Assembly: GCA_902527995.1 (NCBI GenBank)
Contig: CABZRA010000002.1
Span: 1,550 to 65,549, forward strand
Length of the DNA: 64,000 nucleotides
Source of the DNA: an uncultured SAR86 cluster bacterium
GTDB lineage: Bacteria > Pseudomonadota > Gammaproteobacteria > Magnimaribacterales > AG-339-G14
Direction: 5' to 3'
The notes under the pieces were generated by a model, which saw only the letters and a list, made by a program, of their open reading frames with translations, was not told the origin of the DNA and searched no databases. This document shows positions 50,778 to 62,800 of the stretch, one piece after another (position 1 is the stretch's first letter; every line of letters starts with the position of its first letter). The translations under genes were made by a program, and so were the position numbers.

Positions 50778-51867
50778 AAGAAGAGTATCTAAGAAAATAT
50801 TTGTTGGCTCTGTTGGTGTTGGCGGAGACTCACCAATTTCTGTGCAAAGTATGACGAATACAGATACTGAAAATGTCATAGCTACTATTGAGCAAATTAA
50901 TTTATTGGATGCCGCAGGTGCTGACATTGTAAGAGTTTCAACTCCAACACTTAAGTCAGTGGAAGCTTTTAAAAAAATAAAGAAATCTACAAATATTCCG
51001 TTGGTAGCAGATATACATTTTGATTACAAGATTGCTATAGCTGTAGCTAAAGCTGGTGCTGACTGCCTTAGAATAAATCCTGGAAATATCGGTTCTGAAG
51101 ATAAAGTAAATAAAGTCATAAATTCAGCAATTGACCATAATATTCCTATTAGAATAGGTGTGAACGCAGGTTCATTAGAAAAAAAACTCCAAAAAAAATA
51201 CGGAGAACCATGTCCAGAAGCTCTCGTTGAGTCGGCCTTATCACATGTTGAAATTCTAGCCAAAAAAAACTTTGAGAATTTTAAATTAAGCATTAAAGCA
51301 TCAGATATAGACCTAATGACTGAAAGCTATAGATTAATTGCCAAAGAAATCGACCAACCTCTCCATCTAGGCCTCACAGAAGCAGGAGGACTTAGATCCG
51401 GGACTGTGAAGTCTTCAATAGCAATTAGTCAATTATTAAAAGATGGCATAGGGGATACATTGAGAGTATCTCTGGCTGCAGATCCAGTAGATGAAATAAA
51501 AGTAGGTTTCGATATTTTGAAATCTCTAAAGTTAAGAAAAAAGGGTATAAATTTTATTGCCTGCCCAAGCTGTTCAAGACAAAACTTTGATGTTATCAAA
51601 ACTATGAACGAACTTGAGAGAAGATTAGAAGATATTAAAGAAAGTATCGACGTTGCAGTAATAGGGTGTTATGTAAATGGTCCAGGAGAATCAAAAGCTG
51701 CTCATATTGGTTTAACAGGAGCAAATCCAAAAAGCCTTATATATGTCGATGGCTTGCCTGATAAAAAAATTAGTAACGACGAAATCATTGATCAAATAGA
51801 GCACAGAGTTAGAACTAAGGTTAAAGAGTTATCTTCAAAAAAAGAAAAGTTGATTGCAAGTTCATAA
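50755..51867 (+). CDS. ispG: HMBPP synthase
   Basis: [33 protein letters not shown]. Confidence 0.97.
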   Translation: MSKKSEIKRRVSKKIFVGSVGVGGDSPISVQSMTNTDTENVIATIEQINLLDAAGADIVRVSTPTLKSVEAFKKIKKSTNIPLVADIHFDYKIAIAVAKAGADCLRINPGNIGSEDKVNKVINSAIDHNIPIRIGVNAGSLEKKLQKKYGEPCPEALVESALSHVEILAKKNFENFKLSIKASDIDLMTESYRLIAKEIDQPLHLGLTEAGGLRSGTVKSSIAISQLLKDGIGDTLRVSLAADPVDEIKVGFDILKSLKLRKKGINFIACPSCSRQNFDVIKTMNELERRLEDIKESIDVAVIGCYVNGPGESKAAHIGLTGANPKSLIYVDGLPDKKISNDEIIDQIEHRVRTKVKELSSKKEKLIASS

Positions 51868-51869
51868 TA

Positions 51870-53138
51870 ATGAAAAAATTTCAAAAAATTAGAGGTGCTC
51901 ATGAAATCAATCCAGGTGAAAGTGAAACCTGGAGTTATTTGACAAAAAAAATAACTGAAATTTTCGAATCTTTCTCTTACAAAGAAATTAGATTACCGAT
52001 TATAGAGAGTACGAGTTTATTTCAAAGATCGGTTGGAGAAGGAACTGACATTGTAAATAAAGAAATGTTCACTTTTGAAAGTAAAAGTGGAAAATCTTTA
52101 ACTTTAAGACCTGAAGGGACTGCAGGATGTCTAAGAGCTTCAATTGAAATGGGTTTAACTGATCGAGGTCCGATGAGACTTTTCTATCAAGGCCCAATGT
52201 ATAGATATGAAAGACCTCAGAAAGGTAGAAATAGAGAATTTTATCAATTGAGCGCAGAAGCTTATGGATTTGATGGAGTAAATATAGAGTCTGAAATGAT
52301 TCAAATGTCTCATAAAATTTTTAGCCTTTTAAATTTGGAAGATCATTACTTAGAAATTAATTCTTTAGGTTCGAAAAAGTCTCAACAAAATTTCTCAAAA
52401 GCTCTTAAAGAATATTTGAGACCGTTAGAGGATCAATTAGATCCAGATAGTAAAGTTAGATTAGATTCAAATACTTTGAGAATCTTAGATTCTAAAAATC
52501 CTGAAACTCAAAAAATTTTAAAAAATGGACCTAAAATTTTTGAATTTCTAGACCAAAGGAGCACGGAAAATTTTGATTTACTTAAATCGAGCTTAGACGA
52601 AATGAAAATTCCCTACAAAATAAATCATAATCTTGTTAGAGGTTTGGATTATTATAATGATGCAGTTTACGAATGGAAATCTGACGCTTTGGGCAGTCAA
52701 AATACTTTTTGTGCTGGAGGAAGATACGATTCTTTATCTAAAAATTTAGGAGGAAGGGATATTTCTGCCGTTGGACTCTCAATTGGATTAGACAGATTAA
52801 TTATTTCCTTAACCAACCAAAGTGTTTTTAAAACAAAAAAAAAATTAATTGTCATCATTCTAGAAGATAACCTTTTCTATGCGGGCTCAAAAATAGCTGA
52901 AACAATCAGAAACAACATCGACGAGATTGTTGTAAGATTTGACGGAGTTAGGTCAAATCTCAAATCGCAATTAAAAAAAGCGGTCAAAGATAATTATGAT
53001 TTTGCAATAATTATAGGCAACGAAGAAATCAATAAAGGAATATTTTCATTTAAGAACTTGAAAAAAGATGATAATCAATTATCTTTGACAGAAAGTGAAA
53101 TTTTAAAGTCTATTTCTAAGAATATAGAAAATGAATAA
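51870..53138 (+). CDS. hisS: Histidyl-tRNA synthetase
   Basis: LRPEGTA, RYERPQKGR, LVRGLDYY, GGRYD. Confidence 0.97.
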   Translation: MKKFQKIRGAHEINPGESETWSYLTKKITEIFESFSYKEIRLPIIESTSLFQRSVGEGTDIVNKEMFTFESKSGKSLTLRPEGTAGCLRASIEMGLTDRGPMRLFYQGPMYRYERPQKGRNREFYQLSAEAYGFDGVNIESEMIQMSHKIFSLLNLEDHYLEINSLGSKKSQQNFSKALKEYLRPLEDQLDPDSKVRLDSNTLRILDSKNPETQKILKNGPKIFEFLDQRSTENFDLLKSSLDEMKIPYKINHNLVRGLDYYNDAVYEWKSDALGSQNTFCAGGRYDSLSKNLGGRDISAVGLSIGLDRLIISLTNQSVFKTKKKLIVIILEDNLFYAGSKIAETIRNNIDEIVVRFDGVRSNLKSQLKKAVKDNYDFAIIIGNEEINKGIFSFKNLKKDDNQLSLTESEILKSISKNIENE

Positions 53139-53775
53139 TTTTAATTTCGAAATGCTTTTAGACTTTTTAAAGAAAAATTATCTGTACTTTATCTTTGGAT
53201 CATTTCTAATAATACTTAGCAGCGTTTCTTATTTTTTTTACTTAGCAAATATTAAGGAAAAAATTTATTTATCTCAGGCAGCATATGAAAATTATTTAAA
53301 TGAATTAACTCAATTTGATGGATCTGAATTTTCAGAGCTAGAAACTAAACTTGAAGAATTAAAAAACACCTTCGATCGATCAATTTACTACCATTTAGCA
53401 AATTTTCAACAAGCTAAAATTTATTTTGAAAACGACCAAGAGTTAGAGGCTATGAATTTGATGGAACAATTAAATTCAGAACTCGAAGAAGATAAATCGT
53501 CTAGAAATTTTTTAAGGGATATTTCAAGAATAAGACTTGCTTCTATCTATATTGATTTTGATCGATTTGAAGACGCTCAAGAACTTCTTAGTAGAAATTT
53601 TGATTTTTTCGATTCTTTGAAACTTGAAAAGTTAGGAGATTTAGAAAAGATTAAATTAAATAACGAGGAAGCAGAGAACTACTATAAGCTTGCTATCGAG
53701 ATGTCTCAAAATCAAACACAAATAAACTTATTAAATTTTAAACTTTCTAGCTTAGCTTCCCCAAATGACAAATAA
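53131..53775 (+). CDS. yfgM: YfgM-like TM-TPR ancillary SecYEG subunit
   Basis: TM helix plus TPR (RIRLA, LGDL); between hisS and bamB. Confidence 0.75.
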   Translation: MNNFNFEMLLDFLKKNYLYFIFGSFLIILSSVSYFFYLANIKEKIYLSQAAYENYLNELTQFDGSEFSELETKLEELKNTFDRSIYYHLANFQQAKIYFENDQELEAMNLMEQLNSELEEDKSSRNFLRDISRIRLASIYIDFDRFEDAQELLSRNFDFFDSLKLEKLGDLEKIKLNNEEAENYYKLAIEMSQNQTQINLLNFKLSSLASPNDK

Positions 53776-54901
53776 AAAATTAAATTTTTTCCTTCTAACT
53801 TTTATTTCCATTTTTATACTTGGATGTCAGTCTGATGAAATCATTGTTGAAGAGCCAACAGAGCTTTTACCAATTCAATCAATTGTAGAAATTGATGATT
53901 CCTGGTCAAAAAATGTTTTCTCTAACCTCTCAGCTGGAAAAAATAATGTTGTGTTGGACGATGAGGGAATATATGTTTTCTCAAATGAGGGATTGGTGAG
54001 TTTATACTCACCTGACGGTAGTCTTGAATGGGAAGTAGATCTTAATATCGATTTGTCCTCCGGTGTCGGCAAAGAATTTGGCTCTTTATTCGTTACATCA
54101 ATTGATGGCGAAGTTTTTTCTCTTAATTCTAAAAATGGAAATATGAATTGGACTTCATCCGTAGAAGGAGAAAGTTTGTCGGTTCCAAGTTCTAACGGTG
54201 ACATTGTTGCGGTTCAATCTACGAATGGAAAAATCACTGCTTTAAATCTTAAAGACGGTAAATTCAGGTGGGAATACATATCAGTTCTTCCTAGCTTGAG
54301 CTTGAGAGGAACTAGTTCTCCTGTATTTGACGATCAAGCGTTGTATGTTGGTTTTGCTAATGGGAATTTAGCAAGGATTGAACCCAGATCTGGAGTTGTT
54401 CAGTGGGAGGTACCAGTAACAATCTCAAAAGGTGCTTCAGAAATTGAAAGAATCATTGATGTGGATTCTAAGCCTAAAATTTCATCAGGAATTGCCTTCG
54501 CTATATCTTATCAAGGAGATATATCTGCAATTAATGTCCGAACAGGTAGAGTAATATGGAGGAATAGTTTTTCTTCAACAAAAGATATTTTAGAGTTTGA
54601 AAGAAATATCTTTGTGGTAGATGAAGAAAGTGAAATTCAAGCTTTTTCAGGATTAACAGGAATTAGCCTTTGGAAAACAAGTGACTATCGGTTAAGGAAT
54701 TTAACCGCACCAGTAAAGGTTGATAATTACTTGGTGGTAGGAGATTTTGAAGGATATATTCACTTCATCAATATTGAAAATGGTTCAACTGTAGGAAGGT
54801 ACCGTGCAAGTCGGTCTGGCATTCTTACATTGCAAACTTATAAAAATTCTCTTGTTAGTCTGGACTTATCAGGAAGATTAACTTACCTTGAGATTAAATA
54901 A
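53765..54901 (+). CDS. bamB: Outer membrane assembly lipoprotein BamB
   Basis: Lipobox ILGC, PQQ-like repeats, LSLRGTSSP, EIERIIDVD, VGDFEGY. Confidence 0.92.
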   Translation: MTNKKLNFFLLTFISIFILGCQSDEIIVEEPTELLPIQSIVEIDDSWSKNVFSNLSAGKNNVVLDDEGIYVFSNEGLVSLYSPDGSLEWEVDLNIDLSSGVGKEFGSLFVTSIDGEVFSLNSKNGNMNWTSSVEGESLSVPSSNGDIVAVQSTNGKITALNLKDGKFRWEYISVLPSLSLRGTSSPVFDDQALYVGFANGNLARIEPRSGVVQWEVPVTISKGASEIERIIDVDSKPKISSGIAFAISYQGDISAINVRTGRVIWRNSFSSTKDILEFERNIFVVDEESEIQAFSGLTGISLWKTSDYRLRNLTAPVKVDNYLVVGDFEGYIHFINIENGSTVGRYRASRSGILTLQTYKNSLVSLDLSGRLTYLEIK

Positions 54902-54914
54902 GTGAAGCTTAGCT

Positions 54915-56300
54915 ATGGGACCACTAATCGCTATTGTCGGAAGACCGAATGTAGGCAAATCAACTTTGTTCAATACTCTTGTAGGACAAAATTTGTCTTT
55001 AGTGGCAGATTTTCCAGGATTAACTAGAGATAGAAAATACGGCTCCGCAAAAATAAACGATTTTTCTTACATTTTCATTGATACTGCAGGAATAACAGAC
55101 TCAGATGACGAATTTGAAAAACTGGTTCTCAATGAAACACAAAAAGCTCTAAAAGAAGCAGATGGTTTTTTATTTTTGGTGGATGCAACAAATCCGCTTA
55201 ACTCTTTAGACTTGGAAATAAATAATATTTTAAGAAAATCTGGAAAAGAATACTTGCTTTGTGTAAATAAGTCAGACCAAAAGGATTCGAAGGAGAACTT
55301 ACAAGATTTTTATGAACTTGGAGTAAAAATAACTTTAAAAATTTCGGCTAAAAATAATAATGGTCTTATAGATTTAAGAAATAAGATTTCTAAACAATTT
55401 ATTTCTTCCACATCAAAAAGTAGTGAGGATTTTAAGGAAGGAAATTTAAAAAAAATCGGCATTTTAGGCAAACCTAATGCAGGAAAATCTACTTTTTTTA
55501 ACAAGATCTTAAAGGATAATAGGTCACTTGTTTCAAAAGTTCCTGGGACAACTGTTGATTCAATTACAGAAAAAATAAAATTTAAAAATCAGTTGATTTC
55601 TATTACAGATACTGCAGGACTTAGAAGAAAGGGTAAGATTAAAAAAGAAAACGAAATTTTTTCTTCTCAGAAATCAATCAACATTATCAGAAATTCAGAG
55701 GGAATAATTTATCTTATTGATGGCAAAGAAACAGTAACTGATCAGGACTTGCATTTGCTTTCTCTAATTATATCTTCAGGTAAACCTTTAATAATAGGGA
55801 TAAATAAATCTGAGTCTTTGAGTGCCTATGAAAAGTCTTTACTTAGAAGGAGTATAAGCAAGAAATTGAGTTTCGTAAGTCATATTGAAGTAAGTTATGT
55901 GTCGGCTCTGAAAGGCATTGGTACAAGTAATCTTTTGAATAAGTTATTAAAATTAGTAGATAGAAGTAAAATCAAATTTAAGTCACAAGATTTAAATAAA
56001 TTTATCAAAGAGGCTCAGAAAATAAATCCACCTGCGATGCAAGGAAGATTTAGACCTAAAATAAAATTTGTAAACATTGGAAGCACATCTCCTCCAACTT
56101 TTATTTTTCACGGAAATCAATTAGATAAATTAAATAAAAGTTACAAGAAATATATAGAAAACTTTTTAAGAAAAAAATTTAAGCTACAAGGAATTCCAAT
56201 TCAATTAATCTTTAAAGCTAATGAAAATCCTTACAAAAAGAATAAAAATATACTTACAAAACGGCAATATGCTAAGAGAAAAAGGGTAAGAAGCCATTGA
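54915..56300 (+). CDS. der: Ribosome biogenesis GTPase Der
   Basis: Two G domains: GRPNVGKST and GKPNAGKST, DTAG twice. Confidence 0.96.
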   Translation: MGPLIAIVGRPNVGKSTLFNTLVGQNLSLVADFPGLTRDRKYGSAKINDFSYIFIDTAGITDSDDEFEKLVLNETQKALKEADGFLFLVDATNPLNSLDLEINNILRKSGKEYLLCVNKSDQKDSKENLQDFYELGVKITLKISAKNNNGLIDLRNKISKQFISSTSKSSEDFKEGNLKKIGILGKPNAGKSTFFNKILKDNRSLVSKVPGTTVDSITEKIKFKNQLISITDTAGLRRKGKIKKENEIFSSQKSINIIRNSEGIIYLIDGKETVTDQDLHLLSLIISSGKPLIIGINKSESLSAYEKSLLRRSISKKLSFVSHIEVSYVSALKGIGTSNLLNKLLKLVDRSKIKFKSQDLNKFIKEAQKINPPAMQGRFRPKIKFVNIGSTSPPTFIFHGNQLDKLNKSYKKYIENFLRKKFKLQGIPIQLIFKANENPYKKNKNILTKRQYAKRKRVRSH

Positions 56301-56344
56301 TCCTTCAAAACAACTTAATATAATGCTTAAAACTTTGCTTGAAT

Positions 56345-56716
56345 ATGTCTAAACCGCCTCTTTTTTTAAACTTATTAAAGATAAGATTACCTATCACTGC
56401 AAAAGCTTCTATAACTCACAGAATTTCAGCGGTAGGAGTATTTTTTTTGATTTTTCCATTCATGGGAGCAGTATTAATAGCTACTAGCTCTCCAGATGGT
56501 TTTAATTATATGCAAGATTTAAGGAATTCTTTTTTTGTAAAAACTTTACTTAACCTCTTCATAGCAGGTTTGACCTTTCATTACATTGCTGGTCTAAGGC
56601 ACTTGGTAATGGATTTTGGTTTTTGGGAGACTTTTAAAGCTGGTTCACTGAGCGCTTATGGTACTTTTTTTATAAGCGGAATTTTAATTATTTATTTTTC
56701 AACCTTAATATGGTGA
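56345..56716 (+). CDS. sdhC: Succinate dehydrogenase cytochrome b556 subunit
   Basis: SITHRIS, HYIAGLRHLVMD; ATG 56345 preferred. Confidence 0.92.
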   Translation: MSKPPLFLNLLKIRLPITAKASITHRISAVGVFFLIFPFMGAVLIATSSPDGFNYMQDLRNSFFVKTLLNLFIAGLTFHYIAGLRHLVMDFGFWETFKAGSLSAYGTFFISGILIIYFSTLIW

Positions 56717-57072
56717 CCAAGCTTTATTCTCTTAAAAGGACTGGGATTTTTGATTATCTCATGGTTAGAGTATCAGCGGTTTTTCAAGCCCTATATTTTT
56801 CAGTTATAACCTATTATTGGTTAACGTATATGCCAGTAAATTACACTCAGCTGATCGGTTTTTTTGATATTCTATTCGTGAAAGTAGGGACTTTATTAGT
56901 TTTAATATCGATTTCTTATCACTCGTTACAAGGTATTCATCATATTATTGAAGATTATTTAACCGAGGCAAGAGTTGGTAACGCTGCTAGATTTCTCCAG
57001 ATTTCTGTTTTATCTTTCAGTTATCTACAAATTTTAGGAGCTATAATTTGCACTATTTTCATAATAATTTAG
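56710..57072 (+). CDS. sdhD: Succinate dehydrogenase anchor subunit
   Basis: RVSA, H...G....EDY; three TM helices. Confidence 0.88.
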   Translation: MVTKLYSLKRTGIFDYLMVRVSAVFQALYFSVITYYWLTYMPVNYTQLIGFFDILFVKVGTLLVLISISYHSLQGIHHIIEDYLTEARVGNAARFLQISVLSFSYLQILGAIICTIFIII

Positions 57073-57081
57073 GAATTTAAT

Positions 57082-58884
57082 ATGGCAATGAATGGAAAAG
57101 GATATCTGGATGCATCTAGCTTACCTGTTAAAGAATTTGATGGGATTATAGTTGGCGGTGGTGGCTCCGGCCTCATGGCAGGACTTCAACTCGCTCAATC
57201 AGGAATGAATACTGCAGTAGTATCCAAAGTATTTCCGACGAGGTCTCATACTGTGTCTGCTCAAGGAGGTATTACTTGTGCCATAGCAAGCGCTGATCCC
57301 GATGATGACTGGAGATGGCACATGTACGATACCGTTAAAGGCTCGGATTTCATTGGAGATCAAGATTCAATTGAATATATGTGTCAAGAAGGGCCAGCAA
57401 CTGTATTTGAACTAGAGAATATGGGTTTGCCTTTTTCTAGAACCGAAGAAGGAAAAATATATCAAAGAGCTTTTGGGGGACAATCAAAAGATTACGGCAA
57501 AGGAGGTCAAGCTGAGAGAACTTGTGCAGCTGCTGACAGAACAGGTCATGCTCTTTTGCATACACTTTATCAAGCTAACATTAAAGCGGGCACTAACTTT
57601 CTAAGTGAGTGGTTTGCGGTAGATCTGGTTTTAAATGACTCTAATCAAGTCACTGGAGTCATAGCTTTTGAAATTGAATCAGGCGAAGCTTACTTTTTGA
57701 AAGCTAAAGCAACAGTTTTAGCTACTGGAGGAGCGGGGAGAATTTACAAATCCACTACCAATGCTTTAATAAATACTGGAGATGGAACTGGAATGGCTCT
57801 CAGAGCTGGATTGGCAGTTCAAGACATGGAAATGTGGCAATTCCATCCTACAGGAATTCATGGAGCAGGAACTTTAGTTACAGAAGGCTGTCGCGGAGAA
57901 GGTGGATATCTAATTAATAAAGACGGTGAAAGATTTATGGAGCGTTACGCTCCTAATGCTAAGGATCTTGCAAGCAGAGATGTTGTGGCAAGGTCTATGA
58001 TGCTTGAGATAATTGAAGGAAGAGGTTGTGGACCAGATAAAGATCATTGCTATCTAAAACTTGATCATCTTGGAGCGGATCTTTTACATAAAAGACTTCC
58101 TGGAATTACTGAGCTTTCCAAAACATTTGCTCATATAGATCCAGCAGATCATCCCATTCCAGTTGTACCGACCTGCCATTACGCAATGGGAGGTATTCCA
58201 ACAAATGTTCATGGTCAAGTTATTACGCAGCAAGCAGATGGTTCAGATAAAATTGTCGATGGCTTGTATGCTGCTGGAGAAGCAGCTTGTGTCTCTGTGC
58301 ATGGAGGAAATCGTTTAGGTGGAAATTCATTATTAGATTTGGTTGTTTTTGGTAGGTCTGCAGGACTTCACATCGAGGACTCCTTTAAACAAGGCATAGG
58401 CATCTCTGAACCTACTAGTGAAAATATTAATGAAGTCTTAAAAAATATTAATCGTGTAAATTCAAGTAAAGATGGCGAGAATTCTTCAGCAATAAAAAAA
58501 GATTTACAAGAGGTTATGCAATTAAGTTTTGGAGTTTTTAGAAGCGCCAAAAACATGGAGGAAGGAATACAACAAATTAATGATATTAGAGAAAGATCTG
58601 AAGGACTTTATTTAGCTGATAAATCCTCAAAATTTAATACTGCTAGAGTTGAAGCTCTCGAGCTACTTAACTTATTAGAAGTCGCTGAAGCAACTGCAAT
58701 ATGCGCGAACGAAAGAAAGGAAAGTAGAGGCGCCCATTCCAGAGATGATTATCCAGAAAGGGATGATGAAAACTGGCTCAAACATTCAATTTATTTTAAG
58801 GAAACAAAAGAAGTCTCAAAAAGAGATGTAAATTTTAGACCTAAAATTGTTCAAGCTTTCCAACCTTTTGCCAGAACTTATTAA
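57082..58884 (+). CDS. sdhA: Succinate dehydrogenase flavoprotein
   Basis: [35 protein letters not shown]. Confidence 0.98.
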   Translation: MAMNGKGYLDASSLPVKEFDGIIVGGGGSGLMAGLQLAQSGMNTAVVSKVFPTRSHTVSAQGGITCAIASADPDDDWRWHMYDTVKGSDFIGDQDSIEYMCQEGPATVFELENMGLPFSRTEEGKIYQRAFGGQSKDYGKGGQAERTCAAADRTGHALLHTLYQANIKAGTNFLSEWFAVDLVLNDSNQVTGVIAFEIESGEAYFLKAKATVLATGGAGRIYKSTTNALINTGDGTGMALRAGLAVQDMEMWQFHPTGIHGAGTLVTEGCRGEGGYLINKDGERFMERYAPNAKDLASRDVVARSMMLEIIEGRGCGPDKDHCYLKLDHLGADLLHKRLPGITELSKTFAHIDPADHPIPVVPTCHYAMGGIPTNVHGQVITQQADGSDKIVDGLYAAGEAACVSVHGGNRLGGNSLLDLVVFGRSAGLHIEDSFKQGIGISEPTSENINEVLKNINRVNSSKDGENSSAIKKDLQEVMQLSFGVFRSAKNMEEGIQQINDIRERSEGLYLADKSSKFNTARVEALELLNLLEVAEATAICANERKESRGAHSRDDYPERDDENWLKHSIYFKETKEVSKRDVNFRPKIVQAFQPFARTY

Positions 58885-59621
58885 TGAATAGTATCGCTGC
58901 AGAACAACTAAAGACTTTAAAAATTAGTATCTATAGATACGACCCCGATATTGGTAAAAAACCATACATGCAGAGTATGGATATAGATATCCCTAAAGAT
59001 AAAGACATAATGGTTCTTGACGCGCTGCAGCTTGCAAAGGAGATTGATCCAACAATATCCTTCAGAAGATCATGCAGAGAAGGTGTGTGCGGTTCCGATG
59101 GAATGAATATTAACGGTAAAAACGGACTAGGATGTATTACTCCTCTTTCAGAGGCCGTTAGAGGAAACAAGCTTGAATTAAGACCCCTCCCTGGCCTACC
59201 TGTAGTGAAAGACCTAATCGTTGACATGACACAGTTCGTTGATCAATATAAAAAAATTCAACCTTATCTAATAACTGATAAAGAGACTAATGGGAAAGAA
59301 ATACCTCAAACAGTTGAAGATAGAGATAAATTAGATGGCTTGTACGAATGTATTATGTGCGGGTGTTGTTCGACTGCTTGCCCGTCTTTTTGGTGGAATC
59401 CTGACAAATTTCTCGGACCTGCTGCTCTTCTTCAAGCTTATAGGTTCATTTCTGATAGTAGAGACGTTGCAACCGAAGAAAGATTAGACCAATTAGAAGA
59501 TGCTTTCAGTGTTTTTAGATGTCACGGAATTATGAACTGCGTATCTGTTTGTCCTAAAGGATTGAATCCAAACAAAGCGATCAACGAAATTAAAAAAATG
59601 TTGTTCAAAAGAGCCGTTTAG
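58884..59621 (+). CDS. sdhB: Succinate dehydrogenase Fe-S subunit
   Basis: SCREGVCGSD, CIMCGCCSTACP, CHGIMNCVSVCP. Confidence 0.98.
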   Translation: MNSIAAEQLKTLKISIYRYDPDIGKKPYMQSMDIDIPKDKDIMVLDALQLAKEIDPTISFRRSCREGVCGSDGMNINGKNGLGCITPLSEAVRGNKLELRPLPGLPVVKDLIVDMTQFVDQYKKIQPYLITDKETNGKEIPQTVEDRDKLDGLYECIMCGCCSTACPSFWWNPDKFLGPAALLQAYRFISDSRDVATEERLDQLEDAFSVFRCHGIMNCVSVCPKGLNPNKAINEIKKMLFKRAV

Positions 59622-59674
59622 ATTAATTATAGTTCCTTTTTTTATCATTCCTTCTTTGCTACTATTCATGCAGG

Positions 59675-60835
59675 TTGAATTTACACGAATATCAAGCAAA
59701 ATTTCTTTTTAAAAGTTACGGTTTACCTGTTTCAAAATCAGAATTAATTTTTCAAGAGTCTGATATCGATCAGGCAATATTAAAACTTAATGTTGATTCA
59801 TTTGTAGTTAAAGCACAAGTTCATGCGGGCGGTAGAGGTAAAGCAGGAGGAGTTATTCTTACTAAAGAGAAAGAAGAGATTAGAGATTTTTGCCAAAAAT
59901 GGTTAGGAACTAATTTAATTACTTATCAAACTGATGAAAAGGGACAACCTGTATCCTGCATACTCTTAGAGGAGTGCACGGATATAGAAACAGAGTTATA
60001 TTTAGGATTAGTGATCGACAGAAGTTCTAGGTCTATTGCAGTAATTGCATCTCCAGACGGCGGAGTTGACATTGAATCGGTTGCTAAAAATAATCCAGAG
60101 AAAATATTTAAAGTATTTTTAGATTCGTCTTACAAAATTAAAGATAATGAAATAAAGAAACTTTCTGACGGGTTGGAATTAAATAAAAGTCAGAATTTAG
60201 AATTTTGTTCTCTGATAAATAATCTTATTAACTTATTTGTTGATAAGGATTTTTCTCTTATTGAAATAAACCCCCTAGTAATTGATAGCTCCGGCAAACT
60301 TAATTGCTTAGATGGAAAAATTAATGTTGATGGTAATGCGTTGTATCGTCAAGAAGAAATTTGTGAAATGCGGGATGAATCTCAAGAAGATGCCTTAGAG
60401 CTAGATGCATCAAAGTGGGGGCTAAATTATGTAACATTAGATGGAACTGTCGGTTGTATGGTGAATGGAGCAGGATTGGCAATGGGCACTATGGATATTA
60501 TTAAGCTTTCTGGTGGTTTTCCTGCTAACTTTTTAGATGTTGGAGGTGCAGTAAACAGAGAAAGCGTCACAGAAGCATTTAAAATTATCGTTTCTGATTC
60601 TAAAGTTAAATCAATTTTAATAAATATCTTTGGTGGTATAGTCCGATGTGACGTAGTGGCCGAAGGAATAGTGTACGCTATGCAAGATATAGGGATTCAA
60701 ATTCCTGTCGTGGTTCGTTTAAAAGGAAATAATTCTGACATAGCTAAAAAGATTCTTGAAAAAAGTGAACTTAATATTTTTTCAGAATCAGATTTAACTC
60801 GCGCTGCAAAAAAAGCCGTTGATTTATCAAAATGA
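59675..60835 (+). CDS. sucC: Succinyl-CoA synthetase beta subunit
   Basis: MNLHEYQAK (TTG start), [33 protein letters not shown]. Confidence 0.97.
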   Translation: MNLHEYQAKFLFKSYGLPVSKSELIFQESDIDQAILKLNVDSFVVKAQVHAGGRGKAGGVILTKEKEEIRDFCQKWLGTNLITYQTDEKGQPVSCILLEECTDIETELYLGLVIDRSSRSIAVIASPDGGVDIESVAKNNPEKIFKVFLDSSYKIKDNEIKKLSDGLELNKSQNLEFCSLINNLINLFVDKDFSLIEINPLVIDSSGKLNCLDGKINVDGNALYRQEEICEMRDESQEDALELDASKWGLNYVTLDGTVGCMVNGAGLAMGTMDIIKLSGGFPANFLDVGGAVNRESVTEAFKIIVSDSKVKSILINIFGGIVRCDVVAEGIVYAMQDIGIQIPVVVRLKGNNSDIAKKILEKSELNIFSESDLTRAAKKAVDLSK

Positions 60836-61704
60836 GTATTCTTATTGATAATCAAACTATCGCAATATGTCAGGGGTTCACTGGTTCTCAGGCAACTCTG
60901 CACTGTTCCCAATCTATAGAGTATGGAACAAATATCGCTGGAGGAGTAACACCAGGAAAAGCTGGGCAAACCCACTTAAATCTTCCTGTATTCGAAAATG
61001 TTTCTCAAGCAGTTAAAGAAACTGGTGCAGATACTTCTTTAATATTCGTACCAGCCCAATTTTGTAAGAACTCTATTAATGAAGCTTTAGACTCTGAATT
61101 AAAGTTGATTATAGTTATTACTGAAGGTGTACCAACTTTAGATATGCTTTATTTAAAAGCAAAAGCAGATGAAATGGGAATTAGGATTATTGGACCAAAC
61201 TGTCCAGGTGTAATAACACCGGAACAAGCAAAGCTGGGAATTATGCCGGCTAGTATTCACAACAAGGGGAAGGTAGGGATCGTCTCTAGATCTGGAACTC
61301 TTACTTATGAAGCAGTGGATCAAACCTCTAAGGAAGGTCTAGGACAATCCAGTTGTGTAGGTATTGGCGGCGACCCTATACCAGGCTCTAGCTTTATAGA
61401 TATTCTAGAAATGTTTGAACAAGATCCTGAAACAGAAGGTATCGTGATGGTTGGTGAAATTGGAGGTACAGCCGAAGAGGAAGCAGCGGAATTTATTAAA
61501 GAAAAAGTTTCAAAGCCAGTTGTTTCTTATATAGCTGGAGTAAGTGCTCCTCCAGGAAAAAGAATGGGACATGCGGGTGCAATCATCTCTGGTGGTAAGG
61601 GTACAGCAGAAGATAAATTTAATGCGTTAGAAAAAGCAGGAATTAGAATAGTCAAGAGTCCTGCAGACATTGGAAAAGCTATTTCTGAAGAAATAAACCC
61701 TTGA
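60832..61704 (+). CDS. sucD: Succinyl-CoA synthetase alpha subunit
   Basis: [33 protein letters not shown]. Confidence 0.98.
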   Translation: MSILIDNQTIAICQGFTGSQATLHCSQSIEYGTNIAGGVTPGKAGQTHLNLPVFENVSQAVKETGADTSLIFVPAQFCKNSINEALDSELKLIIVITEGVPTLDMLYLKAKADEMGIRIIGPNCPGVITPEQAKLGIMPASIHNKGKVGIVSRSGTLTYEAVDQTSKEGLGQSSCVGIGGDPIPGSSFIDILEMFEQDPETEGIVMVGEIGGTAEEEAAEFIKEKVSKPVVSYIAGVSAPPGKRMGHAGAIISGGKGTAEDKFNALEKAGIRIVKSPADIGKAISEEINP

Positions 61705-61715
61705 AGCTTTTTTAA

Positions 61716-62741
61716 TTAGATTTTTATTAGCTGTTTTCCGAAATTCTTTCCAGATAAAACATTTCTTAGACCTTGAGGGGTATTTTCAAAACCTTCTAAA
61801 ATAGATTCTTTATATTTTATTTCACCTTTTCGAATCCATTCTGTAAGTTCCTTTGTAGCTTGATCCCATTGATTCATATACTCTGTAACTACAAAAAATC
61901 TGTGTTCAGGAACAGGATCAAGTGATCCAAAGACATCAAAAGGAGTTTCTGGCAAATCATCTCTACTATCCATATCGGGATTAAAAGAATTATAGGCTGA
62001 AATATATCCACAAATTGGTACTCTTCCTCCTTCATTCATTAAAGGCGCAACTGCATTAGATACATCTCCACCTACATTTTCAAAGTAAATATCGATACCA
62101 TCAGGACAAGCATCAGCAAGGTTTTTAGAAAGGTTTCCAGATTTATAGTCAATTGCATGATCTAATCCCATCTCTTCTTTTACAAAGGAGCATTTATCAG
62201 GTCCGCCGGCAATTCCAACAGTTTTACATCCTTTTAATTTTGCTATTTGACCCACTACTGATCCAACAGCTCCAGACGCAGCAGAGACAACTACAGTATC
62301 TTCTGATTTTAGTTTTCCTACATCTAGTAACCCAAAATAAGCTGTTCTTCCAGGCATTCCAGCTACTCCCAAATAGGCTTGAATAGGAGCTAAATCTGGA
62401 TAAACCCTTCTAACAAATAAACTGTCATCATCAGCAACTATATGAGTTTGCCAACCTAAGTGAGCCGTAACAATGTCTCCAATATTGTATTTTTCTGATC
62501 TAGATTGGATTACTTTTCCAACACTTTCTCCCACCATAATACCCCCAATTTTCACAGGTTCAGCATAGGATTTCATGTCATTCATGCGTCCACGCATGTA
62601 AGGATCTACAGAGAGAAAAGTTACTTCTATTAGAATTTGATTTTCTAATAGATCTGGAATGTCAGACTCGATTAGATCCCAACAGTCATCCTCTGGCATT
62701 CCTATCGGTCTTTTAGCGAGTGTAAATTGTTTATTTATCAT
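61716..62741 (-). CDS. NADP-dependent alkenal/double-bond reductase (CurA/YncB/PTGR family)
   Basis: SVDPYMRGRM, GMPGRTAYFGL, SAASGAVGS, YFENVGG, GKNFGK. Confidence 0.9.
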   Translation of the reverse strand: MINKQFTLAKRPIGMPEDDCWDLIESDIPDLLENQILIEVTFLSVDPYMRGRMNDMKSYAEPVKIGGIMVGESVGKVIQSRSEKYNIGDIVTAHLGWQTHIVADDDSLFVRRVYPDLAPIQAYLGVAGMPGRTAYFGLLDVGKLKSEDTVVVSAASGAVGSVVGQIAKLKGCKTVGIAGGPDKCSFVKEEMGLDHAIDYKSGNLSKNLADACPDGIDIYFENVGGDVSNAVAPLMNEGGRVPICGYISAYNSFNPDMDSRDDLPETPFDVFGSLDPVPEHRFFVVTEYMNQWDQATKELTEWIRKGEIKYKESILEGFENTPQGLRNVLSGKNFGKQLIKI

Positions 62742-62800
62742 TTTCTCTCCTACAATTATTATTGTTTATATAATATAGAAAAAAATCATTTATTAAAATT

